A DNA stretch of 64,000 nucleotides from contig CAVQGB010000006.1 of NCBI GenBank assembly GCA_963711945.1, positions 12,128-76,127 on the forward strand. Reading direction: 5' to 3'. This DNA comes from an uncultured Verrucomicrobiae bacterium. Lineage in GTDB: Bacteria; Verrucomicrobiota; Verrucomicrobiia; Limisphaerales; UBA11358. Below, one piece after another: positions 1 to 9,873 of this stretch. Each line of letters starts with the position of its first letter. The stretch's first letter is position 1. The position numbers were made by a program, and so were the translations under genes. The notes beneath the pieces are model-generated. The model did not search any database, was not told the DNA's origin, and saw only the letters and a list, made by a program, of their open reading frames with translations.

Positions 1-955
1 TCACTTTGGCACGTTTGGCATAAGCGCGATGCACCGCCTTGCTGTTGTGCCCCAAAGCCTCTTGCGCAAATCGTTCCGGCATTCCTGCGGTCTTGGCACG
101 TTCAGCCCAAGCGTAACGGTAACTGTGAAGCGATACCCCTTCGATTTGCAGGATTCGGCAGCGGCGGCGGAATTCCGCGGCGCGATCATTGGCGTCGGTC
201 TTTCCGATGGTCGGAAACAAAAGCCCTGTGGTCGGCAGTTGATTCAGAATAACGGTCAGCCGGCTACTGACGGTCATTTGGGCGTGTTCACCGGTTTTCA
301 TCCGGTAGTAGGAAAGGGTTCTCGTTGGCCAGTCAATGTTTTCAGCAGTGAGGGCGGCGGCGTCGCTTTGTGACGAGCCGACTTCCCACAATAACTGATA
401 AAACAGATTCCGTTCGGCATTTTTCTCGGCGGAAAGGATGCGCTGATGTTCCTCCAGCGTGATGCCGCGCTTTTCCCTGGCTTGATGCTTTGGCCAGAGT
501 TTAGGCACGAGCACTGGAACTGGCAGCCAGCCGAGACTCAAAGCGAGGTTGTGAAGCCGCCGCAAATAGTGGCCGATGGACATCTGCTCGTGTTTAAGAA
601 CGGCAAGAAAGTCTCCGGCGGTTGTTTCCAGTAATTTCTTGTGGCGAATAGCGTCGAAGGCATGGGATTTCATGCCGCGAACATAACGGGTCTTGGTGGA
701 ATCGCGGCCATGTGTCTGAATCTCGTCCATGACGTTTTGCCAGGTGCGCTGCAAAAACGCGGGGTCGCTCGCCGACAGATACGCGCGGGCGATTTGGAGA
801 TTCAAAACCGATTGCCGGACGGATTCGTTTTTGGCATTCAGCACCGACAACGCTTCCGACTCATCGCGTGTCCGCAAACTGGATTGCTTGCCGGTGGCCG
901 TGTCTTCGCAGTAATAAATTCCTGCGCGTCGAAACAGGATAAAACGTGTTTTCAT
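1..955 (-). CDS. Tyrosine recombinase/phage-type integrase (3' end runs off the window)
   Basis: Read manually; absent from the ORF track because it has no stop in the window. ATG at 955, open for 318 codons: MKTRFILFRRAGIYYCEDTATGKQSSLRTRD...LLWEVGSSQSDAAAL...GVSLHSYRYAWAERAKTAGMPERFAQEALGHNSKAVHRAYAK. HxxR, LGH and the catalytic Tyr are present. Confidence 0.93.
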   Translation of the reverse strand, partial: MKTRFILFRRAGIYYCEDTATGKQSSLRTRDESEALSVLNAKNESVRQSVLNLQIARAYLSASDPAFLQRTWQNVMDEIQTHGRDSTKTRYVRGMKSHAFDAIRHKKLLETTAGDFLAVLKHEQMSIGHYLRRLHNLALSLGWLPVPVLVPKLWPKHQAREKRGITLEEHQRILSAEKNAERNLFYQLLWEVGSSQSDAAALTAENIDWPTRTLSYYRMKTGEHAQMTVSSRLTVILNQLPTTGLLFPTIGKTDANDRAAEFRRRCRILQIEGVSLHSYRYAWAERAKTAGMPERFAQEALGHNSKAVHRAYAKRAKV

Positions 956-956
956 A

Positions 957-1086
957 GACTGATTCCGAATGATGAATCAGTCCGGTCACTACCCGTTAAC
1001 CAGTAGTGGGCGAGTTTCAGCGAATTCTGGCCAGTAGTGGCGAGTTGTGATTGTGCCGCCGTTTTACTGACAGTTTCACTGACAGT
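957..1086. promoter_or_regulatory. Putative att-arm/integrase regulatory repeats
   Basis: Inverted repeat GACTGATTC (957-965)/GAATCAGTC (974-982); direct repeats CCAGTAGTGG(G)CGAGTT at 1000-1016 and 1031-1046; ACTGACAGT at 1066-1074 and 1078-1086. Confidence 0.55.
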
Positions 1087-1132
1087 GGCCTGTCCTCCCC
1101 TCACAACTTCTTCCCGCACAAGCGGTTCAAAT

Positions 1133-1207
1133 TGGCTCCAGAGGCAGGGCTCGAACCTGCAACATCACGGTTAACAGCCGCGCGCTCTACCATTGAGCTA
1201 CTCTGGA
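1133..1207 (-). tRNA. tRNA-Asn (GTT)
   Basis: Reverse complement TCCAGAGTAGCTCAATGGTAGAGCGCGCGGCTGTTAACCGTGATGTTGCAGGTTCGAGCCCTGCCTCTGGAGCCA: cloverleaf, GTT anticodon, TTCGA T-loop, encoded CCA. Confidence 0.97.
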
Positions 1208-1248
1208 ATCCAAACGGACGACTAATCTACAAACCACACCGCGATGCG

Positions 1249-1887
1249 TCAAACCGAATCCGCTGCCGCGCGCAACAACGCCTTCACTTCCCCGTCGCTT
1301 GTCTGGGAAAATCCGGCATAGTATTGGCCCACCGCCCCGAAATCCGAGTCCGCAAGCACCACCACGACGTCGTCCGCCAGACGCCGCAACCGTTTGACCG
1401 CGTGCGTCGAGGCCACCGGCGCGGCGACAATGACGCGACGCGCCTTTTGTTGTTTGGCGGAAATCACAGCGGCCTCGGCGGTGGCGCCGGTGGCCAGGCC
1501 GTCATCCACAAGCAGAACCGTTTTGTCTTCCAACGCAGGCGGGGTGGCGCGATGAAATTGCGAGCGATATTCCCGCAACCGCTCCTTTTCCTCCGCGATC
1601 ACGCCATCCAGTTCCATGCGCGCCATCGGATTTTCCCATTTGAGCGAATTGTCGAAGATGACCACGTCCGGCTCGGCCAGCGCGCCGACGGCAAATTCGC
1701 GCTGCCACGGATGACCGATTTTGCGGACGATGAGCACGTCGAGCGGGCAGCGCAACGCGCGCGCCACTTCGGCCGCCACGACCACGCCTCCGCGCGGCAA
1801 TCCCAGCACCCAGTCGGCCTTCACACCCAGTTCAACCAGGCGCAGGCCGAGCCGCCGTCCCGCATCCTCGCGTGATGCGAATTTCAT
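1249..1887 (-). CDS. Phosphoribosyltransferase family protein
   Basis: MKFASREDAGRRLG, VLGLPRGGV and the PRPP-binding motif VLLVDDGLATGAT. Confidence 0.9.
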   Translation of the reverse strand: MKFASREDAGRRLGLRLVELGVKADWVLGLPRGGVVVAAEVARALRCPLDVLIVRKIGHPWQREFAVGALAEPDVVIFDNSLKWENPMARMELDGVIAEEKERLREYRSQFHRATPPALEDKTVLLVDDGLATGATAEAAVISAKQQKARRVIVAAPVASTHAVKRLRRLADDVVVVLADSDFGAVGQYYAGFSQTSDGEVKALLRAAADSV

Positions 1888-1983
1888 AGTGTAAACGGAG
1901 TGTTGGAATATCGGAGCACCCGAGCGCCGGGGCAATTGTATTTTTCCGTCCCTCCACCAGCCCGGCCCATCCCTCGCATCCGC

Positions 1984-2760
<777 letters not shown>

Positions 2761-2845
2761 TCAAATCAAACCACGCAAAAGCGACAATAAATTACGGGTG
2801 GCAACCCTGCGCGGATCATCCCGCGCCGGTGTTTCAGGAGCTTGT

Positions 2846-3757
2846 TCAGTCCGCGTTCGGATAAGAGCCGAGCACCTTGACACGGTTGCCCCCGCGTTCC
2901 AATTGCGCGATGACCCCGGCGACTGCCTTATCGTGAACGTGGCCGGTGCAATCAATGAACACGAGCGGCCCCCGCGCCTTCCGCCCGCCGGGGCGCGACC
3001 CGATTTTCGCCATGTTGATTTTGCGGCGGCGGAACAATGCCAGCGACTGTTGCAGCGCGCCGGCCTTGTCCGCCAGACTCACCATCAAACTTGTCCGGTC
3101 GTCGCCGGTGGGCGGACCGCATTGCCGGCCCAGGACCAGGAAGCGCGCCGCGCCGGAGGCGTTGTCCTGAAAGTCCCGCGCCAGCGCCTGTGTATGGACG
3201 CGTCGTTTCCGAATTTTCCCGCGCGACCCGCCGGGTGGAATCAACAGGCATTGCCGCGCGGTCAAAATAATCTGCGAAACGATTTTCAAATCGCTCTTCG
3301 CAAACATGTCGAGCGTGCTGGAGACGGCGCCGGCGTTGGAATTTTCCACCGGCACGACACCGTAATCCGCGCGGTTTTTGCTGACTGCGGCGAACACATC
3401 GGCGACGGACTTTTGCGCCGTGTATTTCAGGCTGGAACCGAATTTTTGCATGGCGGCCTGATGCTCGAGCGCCGCCTTCGGTCCGGGATACGCGATGGTC
3501 ATCATCTTTTCCAGCGCGAGCGCGCTGGACATGATTTCGCGGTAAATGGCGCGAAGCTGGCGGCCGGTGATCGGCCCGGCATTGAGTTTGCAGACGCGGT
3601 CGAAGACGGCGCGTTCGCGGTGCGGCGCGTAAATTTCCCCGCCCGCCGCCAGCTTGATGCGGCCGATGGCCAGCACGTGGCGCGTGCGTTCGTTGAGCAG
3701 CCGGACGATTCGCGCGTCCAGTTTGTCAATTGCCTGGCGATGTTTGGGAATGCCCAC
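2846..3757 (-). CDS. pheA: Chorismate mutase/prephenate dehydratase (PDT part shortened and degenerate)
   Basis: N-terminal AroQ domain (RQAIDKLDARIVRLLNER...RERAVF), PDT motif GVVPVENS, C-terminal ACT domain (DRTSLMVSL...VKVLGSYP). Confidence 0.85.
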   Translation of the reverse strand: MGIPKHRQAIDKLDARIVRLLNERTRHVLAIGRIKLAAGGEIYAPHRERAVFDRVCKLNAGPITGRQLRAIYREIMSSALALEKMMTIAYPGPKAALEHQAAMQKFGSSLKYTAQKSVADVFAAVSKNRADYGVVPVENSNAGAVSSTLDMFAKSDLKIVSQIILTARQCLLIPPGGSRGKIRKRRVHTQALARDFQDNASGAARFLVLGRQCGPPTGDDRTSLMVSLADKAGALQQSLALFRRRKINMAKIGSRPGGRKARGPLVFIDCTGHVHDKAVAGVIAQLERGGNRVKVLGSYPNAD

Positions 3758-3868
3758 GCCGGGGCAGGATGCAGAATCCGGCAGGAAGAATCAAATGGGA
3801 TTCGTGCCGCAAAAACAATCCGGGTTTCCAGAAACATCCCGCAACGTCCGGGATGAAGCCGGCGGACT

Positions 3869-4767
3869 TCACCCGATTTTTTCAGGATAATCACCGTTCT
3901 GGACAAGGCGGCGGATGCTTTCCACCGCGCGCGTCCGGTCTTCGTGATAGGTGACACCGAACCACGAATCGCCGGTGCGCAGCACCTTCACCCGCGCCTG
4001 GCCGGCGGTGACGAGGTCGTTCACCGTGCTGGGAATGTAGCACTCGGATTTCAATTCATTTCCGCTTTGTTTCAGAAATTCCAGGAACCGCTCGCGCAAC
4101 CGCTCGAAGATCGCGGGCGTGAAGCCCCAGAAATTCATGGAAACCAATTCGTCGCCGGCGAGCCGGGTGATTTGTCCGTCCGGGCCGGTGTTTTTCGCTC
4201 CCGCACCGTCGCGTTCGATCTTCATCATTTCAACGACGGACTGGAGATAATTTTGTCCGCCCACGCGGCAGACGCCGCGCGCCACGGTGCCGTGCTCGGA
4301 AAGCGTGTTGCGCAGAACGAATCCGACCATCGCGCAGTCCGCCGTGCCGGCCTGTCAAATGTTCGCGCGAGCAGGCGGAAGGATTGCGCTCCGTAAAAAT
4401 CATCGGCATTGATGGCGGCGAACGGTTCGCGGACCGCATGTTCCGCCTGAAGAATCGCATGCGTCGTGCCCCACGGCTTGACGCGTCCGGGCGGAACGGA
4501 AAATCCCGGCGGCAGCGCGGTGAGTTCCTGAAACACGTATTCCACCGGCGCGCGATTCTCGAATCGTTTGCCCACGATTACCCTGAACGCCTGCTCGAAG
4601 TCGCGGCGGATGACGAACACGAGCTTGCCGAACCCGGCGCGCAACGCGTCGTGGATCGAGTAGTCAATGATGGTCTCGCCGTTCGGGCCGACGGGGTCAA
4701 TTTGTTTAAGGCCGCCGTAGCGGCTGCCCATGCCGGCGGCGAGAATCAACAGTGTGGGTTTGCTCAT
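3869..4767 (-). CDS. Sugar-phosphate nucleotidyltransferase (frameshift near 4340-4360)
   Basis: LAAGMGSRYGGLKQIDPVGP, KPWGTTHA and INADDFYG in one frame; SMNFWGFTP and WFGVTYHED in the other. Confidence 0.88.
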
Positions 4768-4869
4768 TTCGAGATATTATTTCCGACTTCAATTAGTTTT
4801 GCAATGAGTCATTATAAATATGGCGTTATAGCGCGCCGGCCGGATGCCGGTGACGACGGGGAATTGAAC

Positions 4870-4978
4870 GGAGCGCGGGCGGCTCGTCCGCGTTGGAGTT
4901 TGAGCTTCGGCTTGTTCATTGTTTAAGGACAGGCTAAAGCCTGAACTCCAACACTCGCGGGCAAGCCGCCCGCGCTAC
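4870..4978. repeat. Nested REP-like palindromic elements
   Basis: Outer arms GGAGCGCGGGCGGCTCGTCCGCG / CGCGGGCAAGCCGCCCGCGCTAC enclose an inner element GTTGGAGTT...CAGGCTAAAGCCTGAACTCCAAC. Confidence 0.75.
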
Positions 4979-5616
4979 TATGTTTTCGTCCGCGCAATGA
5001 TCTTCATCGCCTCCGCCGTGAGGGCGGCGATTTTGGCCCATTGCTTTTCGGCGATGAGCCTGCGATCGGCCATCCACGAGCCGCCGACGGCGGCGACCTG
5101 CGGCACGGCGAGATACTCCGGCAGCAACGCCGCGTTGATGCTGCCGGTGGGGACAAATTTAACGCCGGTGTGGGCAAACGGCCCGGCCAGCGCCTTGAGC
5201 ATTTTCGCGCCGCCGGCGTTCTCCGCCGGGAAGAATTTCAGGTGTTTCCAGCCGAGGCCAATCGCGCGGTCCACTTCCGTCGGCGTCATCACGCCGGGAA
5301 AAAAAGGCATCTGATTTTGCTTCGCCTCCGCCAAAACCGCTTCATTCAAGCCGGGTGAAACGCCGAATTGCGCGCCCGCGTCCACGGCCTGTTTCACGTT
5401 GCCGGTCGTCAGCAGCGTCCCGGCGCCGATGGCCATTTGCGGGACGCTCCCGCGAATGAGTTTGATGGATTCGGCGGCGGCGGCGGTGCGGAAGGTGATT
5501 TCCATGACGTTCAGCCCGCCGGCGAGCAACGCCTCGGCGAGCGGCACGGCGTCGTCGGCCCGGTCCAGCGACGTGATGCAAAGGAGCCGCTGTTTGAGAA
5601 ACGGTTCGTGATCCAT
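4978..5616 (-). CDS. eda: KDPG/KHG aldolase
   Basis: EITFRT, IGAGT, GAQFGVSPG, PGVMTPTEV, LKFFPAE, FVPTGSI. Confidence 0.93.
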   Translation of the reverse strand: MDHEPFLKQRLLCITSLDRADDAVPLAEALLAGGLNVMEITFRTAAAAESIKLIRGSVPQMAIGAGTLLTTGNVKQAVDAGAQFGVSPGLNEAVLAEAKQNQMPFFPGVMTPTEVDRAIGLGWKHLKFFPAENAGGAKMLKALAGPFAHTGVKFVPTGSINAALLPEYLAVPQVAAVGGSWMADRRLIAEKQWAKIAALTAEAMKIIARTKT

Positions 5617-5755
5617 AAATGGCCCGGCGATGCTACCAAAGAAAGGGCCGGCGGCGAGGTGAAACGAAAACAAAAGTCGAGGACGAGGAGGGTTTCACTT
5701 TTGAAACCGCACCGCCTTGCTACGACACAACAAGCTGCGTAATCTGATATTGAAA

Positions 5756-6237
5756 ATGAACATTGCCTTTGAACATCTTGCCATTCCGTCCCCAAATCCA
5801 GCAAGCCTGCGCGACTGGTATGTGCGCGTCCTCGGCGCGCGGGAGATTTTCAACAGCGGCCAGAATCCGCCGACGCTGCTGATCGCGCTGCCGGGCGGCG
5901 GCTGGTTTGAGATTTACGCCGCCACGGGCACGCCCACACTGGAGGATCGGGCAACAACAAGCTGGCCGGCTTTCGGCACGTCGCGTTGCGCGTGGACTCG
6001 ATGGACGCGGCGAAAGCGGAACTGGAAAAGCGCGGCGTGAAATTCGCGGAGGAAATCCGTCCGGCGGCGGGCGGCGGAAGGGTTTTGTTTTTTGAGGACG
6101 GGGAGGGGAATTTGCTGCACCTCGTCGAGCGGCCGGCGGATTCGACGCTGCGGGAAATGAATTATTTCTTCGGCACGCGAACGGTGAGAATGGGAATCGA
6201 AGTCCTGTGCCGCACTTCGGTGATGGTGCTGCCGTGA
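5756..6237 (+). CDS. VOC/glyoxalase family protein (frameshift near 5950)
   Basis: FEHLAI...LRDWYVRVLG, then (GFRHVAL)RVDSMDAAKAELEKRGV...VLFFEDGEGNLLHLVE. True 3' end uncertain because it overlaps the usp gene. Confidence 0.8.
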
Positions 6238-6584
6238 AAAATATCGCCGAAAAGCCGGTGGCCGTGACCGGTCATCGCAATCAAATCGCAGCCCTTTTGC
6301 TCGACCCACTTGACGATTTCCTTCGGCGGATCGCCGTAAGCCAGTTCCGCCTCGGCGGGAATGCCGGCGGATTGAAATTCAGCGCGGACTTTTTCCAAAT
6401 ACGCCGTGTCTTCGGTGATTTCCGGGCTGACTGCGTCCGACCCAAAGGTTCGCGCGGCCCAGCCGTCCGCCACGTGCAGCAGCACCACGCGGCTTTGCGC
6501 GAGTTTCGCCAGCTGTTTGATGTGTTCGATGATGGCGCGGTCGGTTGGCGTGCCGTCCAGCGTCAGGAGAATGGTTTTATACAT
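6162..6584 (-). CDS. Universal stress protein
   Basis: MYKTILLTLDG, CDLIAMTGHGH, GSTITEVRHRTSIPIL; this type commonly follows mntH. Confidence 0.92.
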   Translation of the reverse strand: MYKTILLTLDGTPTDRAIIEHIKQLAKLAQSRVVLLHVADGWAARTFGSDAVSPEITEDTAYLEKVRAEFQSAGIPAEAELAYGDPPKEIVKWVEQKGCDLIAMTGHGHRLFGDIFHGSTITEVRHRTSIPILTVRVPKK

Positions 6585-6602
6585 GGGTCAGTCTTTCTTA
6601 GT

Positions 6603-8038
6603 TTATCCGCCTTTGATGACCTGCCAAGCCTGTTTCACGGCATCCGGCAGGCCGTAAAAGTCGAAGGCCGTGATCAGCAACGCCGAACCCCAGCCGGCGA
6701 TGAGCAGAAACCAGCCGAGCCGCCATTGTCCCATCCGCTTGCGGGAACTGGCGAAGTGCAGCAGCGGGAACATCGCAAACGGCAGTTGCAGCGCCAGCAC
6801 CACCTGGCTCAAGACGATCAGGTCGGTGATGTTGTTGGCCCCGCGGATGGCGATAAAAATCGCCGTCGGGGATGATGGCCAGCGAGCGGGTAATCAGCCG
6901 CCGCAACCACGGCTTGATTCGCCAGTGCATGAAGCCTTCCATCACCACCTGGCCGGCCAGCGTGCCGACAATGGTGGCGCTTTGCCCGCTGGCCAGCAGG
7001 GCGACGGCGAACAGCGTGCCCGCCGCCGCCTTGCCCAGCAGCGGCGCCAAAGTCAGATAGGCCGCCTGAATCCAGTCCGTTGAATCGTTGAACTGCAACC
7101 ACCTGTCCGCCGGCGACGGTGACGCTGGTCTTGCCGTAAAAGACGATCGCGGCCAGCACCAGGATGGCGGCGTTGATCAGGAACGCCACCGACAGGTTGG
7201 CGATGACGTCAATGGTGTTGAAGCGGATCGCCTTTCGGATGGATTCGTCGTCCTTCTGGAATTTGCGGCTCTGCACCAAGGCGGGGTGCAGATACAGCAC
7301 ATGCGGCATGACCGTTGCGCCGATGATCCCGATGGCCACATAAATCATGGTGGCCGAAGTCAAAGTGGGCGCGATCATCGCCCGGCCCATTTCCAGAAAG
7401 CTGGGCTGCGTCTGCGGCAGGACGAAAATTTCGATGAAGTAGCAAACGCCGATGGTCGCCACCAGCAGCAGCACGATGGCTTCGATGGTCCGCATTCCGA
7501 ACCGCTGCATCGCCAGCAGCAGCAGCACGTCCACGCCCGTGATGATGACGCCCCAAAAAATGGGGATGTGGAACAACATGAGCAGCGCCACCGCGCCGCC
7601 CAGGACTTCGGCCAGATCGCACGCGATGATCGCCAGTTCCGCCATGAGCCAGTTCGGCACCCGCGTCCACTTGGGATACCAATCGTAGCAGCATTGCGCC
7701 AGGTCGCGTCCGGTCGCGATGCCGAGCCGCGCGGCGATAATCTGCAGGAAGATCGCCATCAGGCTGGCCAGGCCGACCACCCAAAGCAGTCCGTATTTGA
7801 ACTGCGCGCCGCCCTGAAGATCGGTTCCCCAGTTGCCCGGGTCCATGTAGGCCACGCTGACCAAAATCGCCGGGCCGAAGTAGGCGGCCATTTGCTTCCA
7901 GAAGCCGGCTTTATGATGCGGCACTTTTACGCTGCTGTGCATTCCTTCCAGCGACATGGCGCCGGGACGCGGAACTGCGGCGATTTTGTCCTGCGCCGGT
8001 TCACACAAATCCGTGGGTGTGTTGTTGTCTTTGCTCAT
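6603..8038 (-). CDS. mntH: Nramp-family Mn2+/divalent metal transporter (frameshifts near 7095 and 6870)
   Basis: [48 protein letters not shown] and [16 protein letters not shown] across three ORFs. Confidence 0.92.
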
Positions 8039-8055
8039 GGAGTCTTATTCATTTG

Positions 8056-8919
8056 TTAAAATCTCACGGTGATGCCGGCGAAAGGATTGAAATCATCCGC
8101 CGCCGCGCGTGACGCCAAAGTTGCAGCCGCAATCAAGCTGGACATTTTTCGTCACCAGAAATTCCAGGCCGGCGTCAACTGTTCCAACCCAGCCGGCGTG
8201 GCGTTCCGTGCTGATGTCGCTGAAAAATTCCAGATAGCCGCTCAACTTGCCGATGATGGCGTGGTCAAGCGTGATCGAAGTTGATGAAATCTGCGTGATA
8301 ATTGCTGTCGTCGTCGTCGCGCAGACAACTGACGGCCGTTTCCAGGCCCAGATCAAAGTCGTCCGGCAATTTCACCGCCAGCGGAAAAATCATGCCGCCT
8401 TCGACCGCGTTGTTGCCCAAGATCGTCCGGTGCTGGTCGGAAATTTGACGAACGGCAGCAGCGCAAACGCCGTCTTGCCCGCCGTCATCGCCCCAGAGAT
8501 TGATTTTCAACCGCGTGGTGAAATCGCCAACGCCCGATTGGGTGGCTGGAGTTCCGCCGACGCGGTTGTCCGTGCGGACATTCAGGTAATTGTCAAACAC
8601 AAACTGGAGATCAACATTGTTGAACAACCCAGCCTTGAGATTGACCGGCGCGACGTTCCAAGCCTTCGTGGTTGTGCCGTCCGATTGGTTGTAAGTGTAA
8701 TTGGCGAAATCCATTTCCAGCTGAAAATGGCCGGCGTCCACGGTGTAAGGCGACTCGGTCTTGTCCGGCCGGTCGGGAGACAATTCCCGCAGCAACGCGT
8801 CCGGCACGGGATTGAAAAGATTGCAACCGCTCTTGTCCGGCGTCGGCTGTTTCCTGCGCCCGGACGCCGAAGCCGATCAGCCAAAACAACAGCCAAACGG
8901 CAGCGGTAATTCTTATCAT
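8056..8919 (-). CDS. Outer-membrane beta-barrel 'transporter' (MetA-pathway/phenol-degradation-like), frameshifted
   Basis: Signal peptide MIRITAAVWLLFWL..., LRELSPDRPDKTESPYTVDAGHFQLE, GDFTTRLKINLWG, C-terminal ...FAGITVRF ending in Phe. Confidence 0.75.
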
Positions 8920-8930
8920 AAGCAAAATTA

Positions 8931-8991
8931 TGTAGCACTTGATACAATATGAAACCCAGGCTGTCAACAGGAATATGTAGCCTTGGTTACA
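8931..8991. promoter_or_regulatory. Two putative MntR operator boxes flanking a TTGACA -35 element (minus strand, 8962-8967)
   Basis: Imperfect palindromes TGTAGCACTTGATACA (8931-8946) and TGTAGCCTTGGTTACA (8976-8991) lie between the divergent Mn-uptake operon and mntR; they resemble the E. coli MntR box core ATAGC-N4-GCTAT. Confidence 0.7.
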
Positions 8992-9041
8992 AAATAAAAC
9001 CTCGACTCAACGGCCGCGTTGGGGTTAACTGTCCGCAGTTC

Positions 9042-9501
9042 ATGCCGCCAGCCCACAAGAGCAATGCCGCTCCGAACGTGCCGCGACTGCGCCCGACCGC
9101 GCGGCAGGCCGAAATATTTCCGCCGTTCACGCCGCGACCGGGCGGGGGAAATTGCGCAGGATTACGTCGAGGCCATAGCCGATTTGTCGGCCGCCGTCGG
9201 CGAGGCGCGCGTGACGGATCTGGCGCGTCGGCTGGGCGTGACGCACGTGACGGTCAACCGCACACTGGCGCGGCTGCGACAGGCCGGCTACGTCAACACC
9301 AGGCCCTACCGCGCGATTTTTCTGACCGACACCGGACGCAGGCTGGCTGCGGAATGCAAGCGGCGGCACGAAACGGTGGTGGCCTTTCTGCGTTCCATCG
9401 GGGTCCCCGGAAAGACCGCCGAACTGGACGCCGAGGGCATCGAGCATCACGTCAGCCCGGAAACCCTGGCCGCCTTTGAGCGGTTGCTGAAAAGACGCTG
9501 A
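9042..9501 (+). CDS. mntR: Manganese-responsive DtxR/MntR-family regulator (start uncertain; probable frameshift near 9120)
   Basis: EIAQDYVEAIADL, ARVTDLARRLGV, YRAIFLT, RRHETVVAFL, DAEGIEHHVS. Confidence 0.9.
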
Positions 9502-9797
9502 TGCAACCGCTCGACATCCAGGCCATCGGAAACGAACTGGCCGTGAAATGGAACGACGGAGGCGAGAGTTTCATTCCGCTGGAGAGACTGCGCCGCTGCT
9601 GCCCGTGCGCCGATTGCAAGGGTGAAACCGACATTTTGGGCAATGTCTATAAAAATCCGGAAGCCCGGCTGACGCCGCCGGCATTTCAGTTGACGGGGAT
9701 TGTGAGAGTGGGCGGTTACGGGATACAGCCGGTGTGGGCGGACGGCCACGCGACGGGGATTTATTCCTTTGATCATCTGAAACAGATTGCCGGATAA
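9501..9797 (+). CDS. DUF971/GBBH-like N-terminal domain protein
   Basis: LRRCCPCADCKGE, VGGYGIQPVWADGHATGIYSFDHL. Confidence 0.88.
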   Translation: MQPLDIQAIGNELAVKWNDGGESFIPLERLRRCCPCADCKGETDILGNVYKNPEARLTPPAFQLTGIVRVGGYGIQPVWADGHATGIYSFDHLKQIAG

Positions 9798-9829
9798 AAA
9801 CCGGCGCGTTCCGAAGAGCACGCCGGTTT
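9798..9829. terminator. Probable bidirectional intrinsic terminator
   Basis: Hairpin AAACCGGCGCGTTC-CGAA-GAGCACGCCGGTTT between convergent genes. Confidence 0.6.
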
Positions 9830-9873
9830 GTGAGGGTTGAGCCGGGGCAGCACGCCGCGGCCCACCACAATTG

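Larger units (their letters stand above)
1..1150. mobile_element. Right edge of an integrative element/genomic island inserted at the tRNA-Asn 3' end
   Basis: Integrase starts ~180 bp from the tRNA 3' end, a classic att-int layout, with repeats in the spacer. The rest of the element is outside the window. Confidence 0.7.

Noticed and set aside
29-1006. Plus-strand ORFs 29..373, 446..634 and 641..1006
   Set aside because: Antisense shadows of the minus-strand integrase.
6162-6237. 76-bp convergent overlap between the VOC and usp genes
   Set aside because: The VOC 3' end is uncertain in an indel-prone region, so the overlap may be an artefact.
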